A DNA stretch of 64,000 nucleotides from positions 256,001 to 320,000 of the forward strand of contig CAWDML010000001.1 of assembly GCA_963803435.1 (NCBI GenBank), read 5' to 3'. Every line of letters begins with the position of its first letter. Position 1 is the first letter of the stretch. Source of the DNA: an uncultured delta proteobacterium (lineage in GTDB: Bacteria > Myxococcota > Kuafuiibacteriia > Kuafuiibacteriales > Kuafuiibacteriaceae). Under the pieces are notes generated by a model. It ran no database searches and was not told the DNA's origin. It worked only from the letters and a program-made list of their open reading frames with translations. Both the position numbers and the translations under genes were made by a program. This document shows, piece by piece, positions 38,012-48,554 of the stretch.

Positions 38012-38521
38012 ATGTACGAGACGGCGCCCGTCGAGCGGAAGCCCGCCGCGATACCGATGACACCCGCCATTCCCACCGCGCGGCTGGCCCCGTCGGGCGG
38101 CGCCCGCCTCGCGCGCCTCGGCCTCTTGGTGGTGCTCGGTGCCGTCGTGATCGGATCGATCTTCGTGCTCGCCGGCTCCTCGCGGCCCACAGACACACCG
38201 CCCGCGCCGGCGCCACCGCCGCGCGAGGTCCCCGCGGCCCTCGTGCCCGCAGCGCCGCCTCCGCCCGTGGTGACGCCGGCCGTCCCTCCTCCGCCCGCGC
38301 TCACCCGCGCCGACGTGCGGCGACAGCTCTTTCACCTGACCAAGCGAATGCGCGCGCTCGACGCGTCACCGGTGGAGCCGCAGAAGCTCGGACCGCTGTG
38401 GCGTGACCTCCTCGACGCGCGCAGTCAGCTCGAGTCGCCCGACGCCGATCTGCGCCGGGTCGCGGAGCGGCTCGACGCGCTCGAGGCGGCGGCCCGCGAG
38501 CTCGCACCCGGCGAAACCTGA
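38012..38521 (+). CDS. Hypothetical single-TM Pro-rich protein
   Basis: TM LGLLVVLGAVVIGSIFVLA, Pro-rich linker, helical C-terminus. Confidence 0.55.
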   Translation: MYETAPVERKPAAIPMTPAIPTARLAPSGGARLARLGLLVVLGAVVIGSIFVLAGSSRPTDTPPAPAPPPREVPAALVPAAPPPPVVTPAVPPPPALTRADVRRQLFHLTKRMRALDASPVEPQKLGPLWRDLLDARSQLESPDADLRRVAERLDALEAAARELAPGET

Positions 38522-38584
38522 CCCTTCGGCCAGAAAATCTCGTCATGTAAAAAAGATCCGCGGTCAGCCTCATATAAGATCAGT

Positions 38585-40209
38585 ATGGTGATCGTGTGGG
38601 CCGCGGCGCTCGGCCTCAGCCTCGTGTCGGCGCCCGCTGATCTTCGCCTTCGAGACCTCCAGACCGATCAAAGCGAGGTCAGCGCAGGCGACGCCCTCTC
38701 CGTCACGATCACGGTCGTGAACGACGGCGCCGACCCGCTGGCCGGGCTCTCCGTCTCGTTGGTTCTCTCGGACAACGCCGTGATCTCGCAGCTCGACACC
38801 GAGATCGCTGCGATCCCCCTGACCCTCGGGCCAGGCGAGAGCGTGACCCGCCACGTCCTCACCCACCTCCCCTCACCCATGCCGTCGGGCCTCTGCTGGC
38901 TCGGCGCGCGCCTCGGTGAGGTCACCCTGACCGACCCCGACCCGATCGCCGTGGTCGGCGACGGGCTCGCGATCCTGGTCGCCGAGCTCCCGGCCGCCTC
39001 CGTCGGCGCCAGCTACGACTTTCCGCTGGTGGCCGGAGGGGGCGCCGGGCCGGTCTCCTTCGCGGTCGCCGACGGGGAGCTCCCCGCCGGCCTCCAGCTC
39101 TCGCCCTCGGGCGTGCTCTTCGGCGTGCCGACCACGCCGGGCGCCGTCGCCTTCACCGTCAGGGCCTTCGACGGCGTCGACTCCGTCGACCGGAGCTTCG
39201 AGTTGTTGGTGAGCGACTCGGCCCTCGCCCTGTCGATCATCACCTCTCAGCTCCCGTTCGCAACCATCGGGCGCGAGTACGAGGCGCGCCTCCTCTCCAT
39301 CGGCGGCGGCCGCGAGCGGACCTGATCTGGCACGCCGCTGGGCTCCCGCTCGGGCTCACGATCGATCCGACCGGCTGGATCCGCGGCGTACCCGCGCAAC
39401 CCGGCGCCTACCGGCTCGAGACCTCGGTCGAGAGCAGCTCCAGCTCCGCGGACACCGAGCTCTCGCTCGTCGTCGACGCGCCCGGCCAGCTCCTGATCGC
39501 GCCGCAGCCCCTTCCGGAAGGGCGCTTTGGAGAGCCGTACCTCGCCGCCGTGCTGGCGGGCGGCGGGTCCGGACCGGTGCGCTTCACGCTCAGCGCCGGC
39601 GAGCTGCCCTCCGGCCTGACGCTCGCCGCAGACGGGACAATCGAGGGCACGCCGGTCCAGGTCGGCCGCCATCGGATCTGGATCCTCGCGTCGGACGCGT
39701 CGACGCCACCGCTCACGGATCGCCAGCTGTTCGAGCTCGAGATCGACGACGACGGCGGGATCAGGATCCGAGGCGAGCGCGACCTGCAAGTCATGTTGCA
39801 GGAGCCCTTCATGTTCGAGTTCATCGCCGAGGACACGGTGGCTCCGGTCGAGTGGAGGATCGCCGGAGGCTTCCTACCCAGAGGCGTGACGATCACGCGG
39901 GTGGGGGCGGAGATGCTCCTCACCGGGGCGGCCGGTGACGAGGGCGGAGCCGACCTTCTCCTCGAGGCAATCGACGGCGCCGGACGGGCCGGGCGCAAGG
40001 CCGTCCACCTCGAGATCACCTCGGAGGCGGGGCCGGCGATCGAGGAGGGAGGCTGCACCGCGCTCGCCGGGTCCGATCGCGCCTCTCTCCTCCTGCTGCT
40101 GGCCCTGGCGTGCACCGTTCGGTATATCCGCCGCAGCCGATGGCGACGCTCGCCGACTTCGCGATCCGCGCCGTCCTCCGCGCCCGGGGGTTCCAGAGCC
40201 GCCGGGTGA
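38585..40209 (+). CDS. CARDB-like + putative Ig (He_PIG) repeat surface protein with MYXO-CTERM-like tail; frameshift near 39315
   Basis: Signal peptide; repeats GELPAGLQLSPSGVLFGVP and GELPSGLTLAADGTIEGTP; GGCTALAG..LLLLLAL..RR. Confidence 0.75.
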
Positions 40210-40982
40210 CCACCTCGGGGGGAGAGGTCCACTTCTACGAGCGGTCGGGGCCCGGCCGCGGCGCGATGGCGTTCCTCCACGGCTTTGGCGCCTCTGCAGG
40301 ACAGCTTGCGCCCCTGGTGGATCGCCTGGCGACCCGCTTTGCGCGGCTCCTGGTGTTCGATCTCCCGGCCCACGGCTTCAGCGCGTGCCCTGAGCCACTC
40401 GACGTGCGCACCATGGAGCGCGGCATCAAGGAGATGCTGGAGCGGACACTGAACGGCCCCGCCGTCCTGTTCGGCAACTCGATGGGCGGCTTCGCGGCGA
40501 TCCGCTTCGCGCTCGAGCGCTCCGATCTGGTGAGCCACCTCGTCCTGTGCTCGCCGGGGGGCGCCGCCATGACCGACGGTGAGCTCGACGAGCTCCGGCG
40601 CATCTTCGGCATGCGCAGCCACCGCGAGGCGCTCGACTTCATCGATCGACTCCTCGCCCGCCCGGCGCGGCTCCGACACCTGTACGCGGTCGCGGTCCGG
40701 CGCAAGCTCAGCGACGCCCGCCTCCAGTCCCTCCTCGCCCACGTCACTCCGGAGCTGCTGCTCTCGCCCCTTCAGGTGGAACGGATCGATCGCCCGACGC
40801 TCGTCCTCTGGGGACGCGAGGACGGCATCCTCCCGCGCACCAGCCTCGACTTCTTCCGGGCGCATCTCCCGCCGGGGAGCCGGATCGACGAGATCGACGG
40901 CTTCGGCCACAGCCCGCACATCGAGTCGCCCGGTCGCCTGGCCGCGCGCATCAGCCGCTTCCTCGACGAGGCTGCACGTTAA
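40140..40982 (+). CDS. Alpha/beta hydrolase
   Basis: FLHGFGAS, DLPAHG, GNSMGG, LWGREDGIL, GHSPHIE. Confidence 0.88.
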   Translation: MATLADFAIRAVLRARGFQSRRVTTSGGEVHFYERSGPGRGAMAFLHGFGASAGQLAPLVDRLATRFARLLVFDLPAHGFSACPEPLDVRTMERGIKEMLERTLNGPAVLFGNSMGGFAAIRFALERSDLVSHLVLCSPGGAAMTDGELDELRRIFGMRSHREALDFIDRLLARPARLRHLYAVAVRRKLSDARLQSLLAHVTPELLLSPLQVERIDRPTLVLWGREDGILPRTSLDFFRAHLPPGSRIDEIDGFGHSPHIESPGRLAARISRFLDEAAR

Positions 40983-41668
40983 AGAGCGCGCAGGAACCGT
41001 CCGGTCGCGTCCAGCGCCGCCCGCGGGATCTCGTGCCCGCCCATGAACGGCACCCAGGTGTGACGAAATCCCGCCGCGGAGAGGAGGCCCTGAAGCTCCT
41101 CCGCAAAGGCGAAGGGCAGGACGGGATCGAAGCGCCCGTGCGACTGGACGATCGAGATCCCGCTGCGCGCGGCGAACCGGGTTCGCCACTTGTCGCCGCA
41201 GATGATGGTGCCCGAGAACAGGATCACGCCGGCCAGCGGGCGATCGCTGGTGAGCGCCAGGTCGAGCGAGAGCATCGCGCCCTGCGAGAAGCCGCCCAGG
41301 ACGATGCGGCTGCCGGCGACCTGATAGCGCGCCTGCACCTGATCGAGCATCCGCTCCAGCTGCGCCCGCGCAGCATCCAGCCCTTCCGGCACCTCGTTCT
41401 TGAGCGACTCCAGATCACCGCTCATCAGCCGGCTCTGGATGTCCGTGAGGTCGATCTTCCACCAGCCGCGCGACTCGCCGAAGCCCAGGTTGAAGGTGAT
41501 CGGCGCCGCGGGAAAGACGAACCGGGTACCGCGCGGCGCCTCGATCGCGCGCGCCAGTGAGACGAGGTCGTCGCCGGGCGCGCCGAAGCCGTGCAAGAGG
41601 ACGACGATCAGCTCGTCGCCATCGCCCACGACCCGCGCATCGAGATCGCCGAACCGCTGCAGCTCCAT
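40979..41668 (-). CDS. Phospholipase/carboxylesterase
   Basis: LLHGFGAPGDDL, GGFSQGA, SHGRFDPVLP, GGHEI. Confidence 0.9.
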   Translation of the reverse strand: MELQRFGDLDARVVGDGDELIVVLLHGFGAPGDDLVSLARAIEAPRGTRFVFPAAPITFNLGFGESRGWWKIDLTDIQSRLMSGDLESLKNEVPEGLDAARAQLERMLDQVQARYQVAGSRIVLGGFSQGAMLSLDLALTSDRPLAGVILFSGTIICGDKWRTRFAARSGISIVQSHGRFDPVLPFAFAEELQGLLSAAGFRHTWVPFMGGHEIPRAALDATGRFLRAL

Positions 41669-41725
41669 GGAGCGCTCTATAGTCCCGTTTGACGCCGGTG
41701 GCTTCGGTCCGTAACGTCGTTCTCA

Positions 41726-42004
41726 GTGATCCCGGCCCGCACCAAGCGACACGGTCCGCTGCTCCTGCCGGCGCTCCGCCATCCCGGCATCCTCTGGCGC
41801 TATCTCACGGACCCGACCACGCCGAAGGCGCCCAAGCTCTTCCTGCTCTTCGCGATCGCGTACGCGATCCTTCCGGTCGATCTGATCCCGGACATGGCCC
41901 CGATCGTCGGATGGCTCGACGACTTCGGGGTGGCGACGCTCGCCATCACCTGGGTGCTGCGCAAGGCGACGGAGGCGGCCTCCAGGGCGGAGGAGATTAC
42001 TTGA
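41726..42004 (+). CDS. YkvA/DUF1232 family membrane protein
   Basis: YAILPVDLIPDMAPIVGWLDD. Confidence 0.88.
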   Translation: MIPARTKRHGPLLLPALRHPGILWRYLTDPTTPKAPKLFLLFAIAYAILPVDLIPDMAPIVGWLDDFGVATLAITWVLRKATEAASRAEEIT

Positions 42005-42468
42005 GCGCGGCGACGGCCTTCTTGACGGCGTCGTAGTCCGGCTCGTTCTTCGGGGTCTCGGCGACCCACGTCCAGCGGAGGGTGCCTTCCTTGTCGACGA
42101 CGAACACCGATCGCTTGGCCGCAGTGTAGCCCGGCATGCCGGCGAAGTCGTCGTGCGCGACGCCGTAGGCCTTCACGATCTTTCGAATCGTAGTCGGAGA
42201 GGATGTCGAAGTTGAGGTTGTTCTTCTGCGCGAACGCGGCGTTCGAGAACGGTGCGTCGACGCAGATGCCGAGCACGGTGGCGCTCATCTCGTTGAAGTT
42301 CGAGAGCGCGTCGCGGAACGTGCACAGCTCCTTCTCGCAGACGCCGGTGAAGGACGCCGGGAAGAAGGCCAAGACCACGTTCTTGCCTTTGAGACCGGAG
42401 AGGGAGACCTCTTGCTTGCTCTGGTTGAAGAGCTTGAAGTCGGGAGCGGGGGATCCAACGTTGACCAT
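41997..42468 (-). CDS. Peroxiredoxin (AhpE/BCP-like); frameshift at 42185-42189
   Basis: APDFKL, FFPASFTGVCEKELC, LSDY + repaired DRKIVKAYGV..KRSVFVVD; TAA at 41997. Confidence 0.88.
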
Positions 42469-42507
42469 GGCGGAGGCCTAGCGCCCTGCCACGGCGAAAG
42501 CAACCGC

Positions 42508-44358
42508 CTACTGGCCGAAGATCGCGTTGTAGAGGTTGTCGACGTGCTGCCGCGTCTCCTCGTAGACCTCCTGGTCCTTGAGGCGGTTGATGATCTTGCT
42601 CCGCTTCCAGGGCTCGCCCTTCTTCTTCCCGTACTTGTCGCGGATCTTGTACGTCTTCTTCCAGAGCTCCTCGTAGTCGTCGCGTAGGTCCTTGCGCTTG
42701 ACCAGCTTCGGGTTCGCGTCAATCGCGGCCTCGATGGCGTCGCGTTTGCGGAGGAACTCGGCGAACCGGGTGTTGAGCTTCGCCCGGACCACGGGGTCGT
42801 CCTCGACCTTCCCCGACATGCCCACGGGCGGCGCCGCGGCGACCATGCCGGCCGGTGGCGGTGGTGGCGGCGGCGGCTCCGGGGTCCGCGTCTTCACCGC
42901 CACGTCCTCGTGCTTCGGCGGCGGGGGTGGAGGCGGCGGATCCTCCACAGGATCGTTGGCCTTCACCTCCTGCCCCTTGGCCTGCGCATCGGCGGCCGCC
43001 TTTTGCGCCGCCTTGGCCATCTCCTCGGCGGCGTGCTGCGCCTCCTCGACGGCCTTGGGATCGCGGTTCTGCGCCGCTTTGGCGGCCAGCTCGGCCGCCT
43101 TGGCCTGGAGGTCCTCGACAGAGCCCGAGTTGTCGGCGGCCTGCTTCGCCATCGCCTGCGCCGCCTCGACCGCCGCCTTCTGCTCGTCGGTCATGCCGGA
43201 GGTGTCGACGTTCGCCACGTTGGCCACCGTGCCGCCGCCCCCCCCGCTGAAGCCGCTGAGCACCGTGCTCACGACGCCCCAGACGGAGAGCAGGATGTTC
43301 AGGCCGAGCGCGATCTTCAACACCAGCTGGAACCAGCTCGCGACGTTGAAGAGCTTGAACCAGCGCGTGTAGAACACGAACATGATCCCGGCGACCGCGA
43401 CGCCGAAGATCGCGGGGATCAGGCCCAGGATCACCGAGACCACCGCGACACCGATCAGGCCGCCGAGCGCTCCCATCAGCGCGCCCAGGCTGCTCGGGAT
43501 CACGAAGAGGATGTTGAGCACCCACGACATCACGCCGAAGTTGGTGCGCGATTTCGGGGTCGACTCGCCCTTCAAGAACTTGATGATCCAGGCGAACACC
43601 GGGTGGAAGATGAAGCCCACCACCACGGCCACCACGATCGCGATCAGCGGGCCGATCCACGCCGTCAGCAGGGAGAGCAACCCGGCGCCGAAGTTTCCGG
43701 AGATCATCAGCACCAAGGCGCCGACCAGCGCGCTCACCAGCGACGTGATGACGAACGCCGGGATCGCGTAAGCGATCAGCTCCATCTTCCCCATGGCCGG
43801 GAGCTTCTGCTCGTCGACACCCTTGCGGATGGTGCCGAGCGGATTCAGCGCCATCAGAGGAACTGCGGCCATGTAATAAGCGATCGCCTTGGGGACGGCG
43901 ATGAAGAAGTAGCCGACGCCCTTGGCCTCGGCCTCATCCCCGTCGCTGCCCGAAGGCTCGAAACGATTGTCCATCGACTCACCTGCAGGCGGAGGAAGCT
44001 CGCCGCCCGAACGCGCAGACGGTACTCCGAGCGGAGGGAAGTCGTCGACGGCACCGGCGCCGTTGCCGTTGTCGGCGAAGACGACTTCGAAGCGCTTTTG
44101 CGCCAAGGAAAAGATGGCCCCGGGGCTCAGCACCACCGGCCCGTTCACGCGCTGATCATCGAGGTAGGTGCCGTTCGAAGATCCGAGATCTTCGAGGTAC
44201 CAGGCCCCTCCGTCCTGATAGATCCGCGCGTGTCTCTTGGAGATCGACTCGTCGCGGAAGGAGATATCGGTCTTGGCGCGCTCGCGCCCCATCACCGCTC
44301 CCTCCGAGCTGATGTCGTAGACCATGGAGGATTCGAGATCTCTGATTTCGAGTCTCAT
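42508..44358 (-). CDS. FHA-domain multi-TM membrane protein
   Basis: MGR..ISKRHARI..DLGSSNGT; about 5 TMs; Ala/Pro-rich C-terminal region. Confidence 0.8.
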   Translation of the reverse strand: MRLEIRDLESSMVYDISSEGAVMGRERAKTDISFRDESISKRHARIYQDGGAWYLEDLGSSNGTYLDDQRVNGPVVLSPGAIFSLAQKRFEVVFADNGNGAGAVDDFPPLGVPSARSGGELPPPAGESMDNRFEPSGSDGDEAEAKGVGYFFIAVPKAIAYYMAAVPLMALNPLGTIRKGVDEQKLPAMGKMELIAYAIPAFVITSLVSALVGALVLMISGNFGAGLLSLLTAWIGPLIAIVVAVVVGFIFHPVFAWIIKFLKGESTPKSRTNFGVMSWVLNILFVIPSSLGALMGALGGLIGVAVVSVILGLIPAIFGVAVAGIMFVFYTRWFKLFNVASWFQLVLKIALGLNILLSVWGVVSTVLSGFSGGGGGTVANVANVDTSGMTDEQKAAVEAAQAMAKQAADNSGSVEDLQAKAAELAAKAAQNRDPKAVEEAQHAAEEMAKAAQKAAADAQAKGQEVKANDPVEDPPPPPPPPKHEDVAVKTRTPEPPPPPPPPAGMVAAAPPVGMSGKVEDDPVVRAKLNTRFAEFLRKRDAIEAAIDANPKLVKRKDLRDDYEELWKKTYKIRDKYGKKKGEPWKRSKIINRLKDQEVYEETRQHVDNLYNAIFGQ

Positions 44359-44451
44359 CGGCGTCGTAGATTGCCCAACATACCAACACAGACGCCCGAC
44401 AACAAAAACGCCCAAATGCGCATCGGATGCGAACGGGGGGCGTGAAGTGGA

Positions 44452-46884
44452 TCATGCGGGTTTGTGGGGCACACTCCCCCGTTGCCGTCCGTCCGGTAGC
44501 TTGAGGGGTCCGTCGGCCGGCGCGGCGGCAACGTCGGGATGGAGCACTTTGGCGAGGTTTTCGGTCACGGACCGCAGGTGGAGGTCCATCTGCGGGAAAG
44601 CGATCTCGATCCCGACCTTTCGGAAGGCCGCATCGATGGCGAAGTGCAGGTCGCTGGCGATACGGAAACGGTGCTGTTGCTCCTCGATCCAGACCAGCAG
44701 ATCGAAGTCGAGGCTCGAGGCACCAAATGAGAGGAACTGCACTTCCGGGGCCGGCTTCTTGAGCACCTGGCCGTGCTTCTTCGAGGCCTCGAGCAGCGTC
44801 CTCCGCACCAGGTCCGTGTCGGATCCATAGGCCACGCCGACCGACACGTGGATGCGGACCTTGGGATCGCCGTGCGACCAGTTGGTGACCCGCTGTCCGA
44901 CGAACTCACTGTTGGGGATGATCAGCGAGACGTTGTCCCGTGTGACCACCGTGGTGGAGCGGGCGCTGATCGCTTGGATCTGTCCCTCGACCGTTCCGTC
45001 GATCTCGACGAAGTCCCCGATCTTGATCGGCCGCTCGGCCAGGATGATCAGGCCGCTGATGAAGTTCTCGGCGATGTTGCGGAGGCCGAAGCCGATGCCG
45101 ATGCCGAGGATGCCGAAGAGGATCGCGAGCGACGAGGCGCCGATGCCGACGAAGCGCACGCCCACGATGATCCCGATCAGCACCACCACGTAGTGGACGA
45201 GCGTGTTGAGCGCGTTGGTGAGCCCGATGTCCCAGCCGAGGTTCTTGTAGATGCGCGCCGACAGGAAGTCGCGGATCGCCTTCGAGGCCACCACCGAGGC
45301 CCAGATGGCGAAGCAGAGCTCGACGACCGAGAAGATGCTGACCGGCTTCTCGTCGACGTAGAAGATCGGGTGATCGATGGCGCGGATGGCCTCGCCGAGC
45401 GTCACGTCGAAGCCCCAGATCGGCCAGACCAACACCGCCGCCGAGCACGAGAACACCAGCAGCGGCCAGAGCAGGGCCACCGCGGTTCGGATCTGGCCGG
45501 CGTAGCGCGGAGGAAGCTTGAGCTTCCCCGACTCGGCGTCGATCAGGTGGTAGATCTGCTTGAGGCCAATCGTCAGCAGGAGCCCGGCCAGGAGCAGGAC
45601 CAGGAGCGTCATCGCCACCGGCGCCCAGACCGAGAGTCCCGCCACCTCGGGCCGGGCCACGCGCTCGCAGGCCGTCTGGATGATCTGGACGGCGCTGTAG
45701 CTCTCGCGGGTCTCGCGGAGCACGCCCAGCGTCTCGTCGAGGGTCTGGCGCCGCGCCCGATACATCCGGCGCAGGATCGACATCGGCCCCAGCTTGTCCT
45801 CGGCCTCCCGGAGTCGGGCCAGCTCGGTGTCGATGGAGGTACGCTGCTGATCGACGGTCGCGATCAGCGCCGCCACCCGCTCGGGCGACACCTTCGGCGG
45901 CCACTCGGGCGCCTTGTGGTGGGCGAGCGCGCGCATCGCCACGGCGCGCGCGGTGGCCCGGGCCATGAGCGCGTCCTCGGCGTCACTGCGGCGATCGAGC
46001 AGATCGAACTGCGCCAGCACCGACGCCCGCTCCGTCTCGCGCGCCTCGCGTGCGGTCTCGGCATCGAGACCCTCGGTGGCGACCGGCGGCCGCTTCAGCT
46101 TGCGCTTCTCCTCGGCGAGGCTGGCCTTCGTCTCCTGGACCTCGGTCGCGACCCTCCTCTGGTCCTCCTCCGCCCCGAGCGCGTCCTGGATCGAGACCGA
46201 GAGCCGGTCGCGCGCCTGGTCCGCCCTCGCCCTCGCCACCCGCGCGCGAGCCCGCGTCTCGAGCGCCGCCGCCTGCGCGTGATCGACCTGCACCGACTGG
46301 ACCCGCCACTCGAGCGCGATCAATCGATCGGCGAGGGCGTCGCTCTGCTCGTGGGCCCCGCTGCCCAGCTCGGCGAGCGACCGCAGCCGCTCCGCCACCG
46401 CCTCGCCGGCGGACGCCTCGCCCTCCAGGCGGACCGCCGCCAGGAGCAGCTCGATCAGGCGATCGAACCCGCCGCCCTTCACGGTGTCGTCGCTCGAGCG
46501 CTGCGTCACGATCTCGGCGCGGTTCGCCAGATCGATCGCCTCGGTGAGGAGCTCCTCCTCGTGGTCGAGCGTCTCGAGGATCTTCTTCGCGATCTCGGGA
46601 TCGAAGTCGGCGGGCGCTCCGAGGTGCGCGTCGGGCGAGAGGCTCTGATCGTACTCGTCGATCAGCTTCTTGATCCGCTCTCGCTCGCGGTTGTTCGCCT
46701 CCTTGCGCGAGGCCGCGATCTTCTCGACCCTGCCTCTGAACGCGCGGATCTGATCGACGAAGGCGTCGGTGCTGGCCATCCGCACCTCCGGCGGGCTGGC
46801 CTGACCGATCTCGGGGAGGGGTGGAATCTGCGCGCGCGCCGTCAGAGGCACGAGCAGCAGGGACGCTGCCAGAATCCAGCGCAC
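44452..46884 (-). CDS. MscS-family mechanosensitive channel with large periplasmic coiled region (MscK-like)
   Basis: GIGFGLRNIAENFISGLIILAERPIKIGD, IIPNSEF, VGVAYGSD, IAFPQMDLH. Confidence 0.9.
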   Translation of the reverse strand: MRWILAASLLLVPLTARAQIPPLPEIGQASPPEVRMASTDAFVDQIRAFRGRVEKIAASRKEANNRERERIKKLIDEYDQSLSPDAHLGAPADFDPEIAKKILETLDHEEELLTEAIDLANRAEIVTQRSSDDTVKGGGFDRLIELLLAAVRLEGEASAGEAVAERLRSLAELGSGAHEQSDALADRLIALEWRVQSVQVDHAQAAALETRARARVARARADQARDRLSVSIQDALGAEEDQRRVATEVQETKASLAEEKRKLKRPPVATEGLDAETAREARETERASVLAQFDLLDRRSDAEDALMARATARAVAMRALAHHKAPEWPPKVSPERVAALIATVDQQRTSIDTELARLREAEDKLGPMSILRRMYRARRQTLDETLGVLRETRESYSAVQIIQTACERVARPEVAGLSVWAPVAMTLLVLLLAGLLLTIGLKQIYHLIDAESGKLKLPPRYAGQIRTAVALLWPLLVFSCSAAVLVWPIWGFDVTLGEAIRAIDHPIFYVDEKPVSIFSVVELCFAIWASVVASKAIRDFLSARIYKNLGWDIGLTNALNTLVHYVVVLIGIIVGVRFVGIGASSLAILFGILGIGIGFGLRNIAENFISGLIILAERPIKIGDFVEIDGTVEGQIQAISARSTTVVTRDNVSLIIPNSEFVGQRVTNWSHGDPKVRIHVSVGVAYGSDTDLVRRTLLEASKKHGQVLKKPAPEVQFLSFGASSLDFDLLVWIEEQQHRFRIASDLHFAIDAAFRKVGIEIAFPQMDLHLRSVTENLAKVLHPDVAAAPADGPLKLPDGRQRGSVPHKPA

Positions 46885-46891
46885 GGGGCGC

Positions 46892-46900
46892 AGTGTAGCA
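46892..46900 (-). promoter_or_regulatory. Extended -10 TGCTACACT 7 nt before the MscS GTG
   Basis: TG-C-TACACT-GCGCCCC-GTG. Confidence 0.45.
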
Positions 46901-46916
46901 GCGCGCCGGGCGACGG

Positions 46917-48503
46917 CTAGATCTTGGGGCCGGCCGCCTGGACCTCCTCGGAGGTCTGCCCCGCGAATTGCTCGAAGTTCTTGCGGAACAGGCCCGCGAG
47001 CTTCCGGGCCATCTCGTCGTACTTCTCCGGGTCCTTCCAGGTCTTGCGGGGGAGCAGCACCTCCGTCGGGACACCGGGGCAGCTCTTGGGGACGGCCACG
47101 CCGAACGTCGGATCGGGCTCGAACTCGACGGTGTCGAGGGCGCCGGAGTGGATCGCGTCAATGATGCCGCGCGTGTGGGCGATGCTCATCCGTTTGCCGG
47201 TGCCGTAGGGGCCTCCGCTCCAGCCGGTGTTCACCAGCCAGACCTTGGTCTGATGCTGGCGCATCTTGCCGGCGAGGAGCTCGGCGTACTTGGCCGGGTG
47301 CCAGACCAGGAACGGCGCGCCGAAGCAGGCGGAGAACACCGGTTCGGGCTCGGTGACCCCGGTCTCGGTGCCCGCGACCTTTGCGGTGTAACCGCTGATG
47401 AAGTGGTACATCGCCTGGCCCGGGGTCAGCCGGCTCACGGGCGGGAGCACGCTGAAGGCGTCACAGGTGAGCATGATGACGTTCTTCGGCTGCGCGCCCA
47501 GGCACGGGATCTTGGCGTTCTCGATGTACTCGATCGGGTATGAGGCCCGCGTGTTCTCGGTGATCTTGGAGTCCGTGTAGTCGACGGCGCGCGCCTCCTC
47601 GTCGTAGCGGACGTTCTCCAGCACCGCGCCAAAGCGGATCGCGGCATGGATCTCGGGCTCGGCCGCAGCCGAGAGGTTGATGCACTTCGCGTAGCAGCCG
47701 CCCTCGATGTTGAAGATGCCGTGCTCGCTCCAGGCGTGCTCGTCGTCCCCGATCAGCGCGCGGTTGGGATCCGCGGACAGCGTGGTCTTTCCGGTCCCGG
47801 AGAGGCCGAAGAAGATCGAGACGTCCCCGCTCGGGCCCTCGTTCGCCGAGCAATGCATCGACAGCACGCCCTTCTTCGGCATCAGGTAGTTCATGATGGT
47901 GAAGACGCCCTTCTTCATCTCGCCGGCGTACTCGGTCCCGAGGATCACCATCTCCTGGCGCTCGAAGCTGATGTCGATGCTGGTCTTCGACGTCATCCCG
48001 GTGGTGTGCCGGTTCGCCGGGAACTTGCCCGAGTTGTAGATGACGTAGTCGGGCATGCCGAAGGTCTCGAGCTGGTGCACGTTCGGGCGGATCAGCATGT
48101 TGTGCATGAACAGCGCGTGATAGGCGCGCTCGCAGATCACGCGCACCTTGATCCGATAGCGCTCGTCCCAGCCCGCAAAACCGTCGATCACGAACAGCCG
48201 GTCGCGCGTATTGAGGTAGTCCACGGCGCGCTCGCGGTTGATGTCGAAGACATGCTCCTCGATCCCGATGTTGACGGATCCCCACCAGATGTTGGTCTCG
48301 CTGTTCGGGTGGCGCACCACGCGCTTGTCCTTCGGGCTGCGGCCGGTCTTGCTGCCGGACATCGCGATCAGCGCACCGGTGGACGAGATCGCGGTGCCCT
48401 TCTCGTGGTTGAGGCCCTCCTCGTAGAGCTTCGCCGGCGAGACGTTGCGGAGAATGTTGCGAACGTGGATGCCGTGGGGCTCGAGATCGAATGCTGACGC
48501 CAT
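46917..48503 (-). CDS. pckA: Phosphoenolpyruvate carboxykinase (ATP)
   Basis: [46 protein letters not shown]. Confidence 0.97.
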   Translation of the reverse strand: MASAFDLEPHGIHVRNILRNVSPAKLYEEGLNHEKGTAISSTGALIAMSGSKTGRSPKDKRVVRHPNSETNIWWGSVNIGIEEHVFDINRERAVDYLNTRDRLFVIDGFAGWDERYRIKVRVICERAYHALFMHNMLIRPNVHQLETFGMPDYVIYNSGKFPANRHTTGMTSKTSIDISFERQEMVILGTEYAGEMKKGVFTIMNYLMPKKGVLSMHCSANEGPSGDVSIFFGLSGTGKTTLSADPNRALIGDDEHAWSEHGIFNIEGGCYAKCINLSAAAEPEIHAAIRFGAVLENVRYDEEARAVDYTDSKITENTRASYPIEYIENAKIPCLGAQPKNVIMLTCDAFSVLPPVSRLTPGQAMYHFISGYTAKVAGTETGVTEPEPVFSACFGAPFLVWHPAKYAELLAGKMRQHQTKVWLVNTGWSGGPYGTGKRMSIAHTRGIIDAIHSGALDTVEFEPDPTFGVAVPKSCPGVPTEVLLPRKTWKDPEKYDEMARKLAGLFRKNFEQFAGQTSEEVQAAGPKI

Positions 48504-48554
48504 GCCGCTTCCTAGCGGTCCGATCTGATTCTTACAAAGGGGAGTTCCCCTCAG

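Noticed and set aside
39323-39325. In-frame TGA as possible selenocysteine or readthrough
   Set aside because: The protein continues in a different frame (ADLIWHAAGLP), so this is an indel, not recoding.
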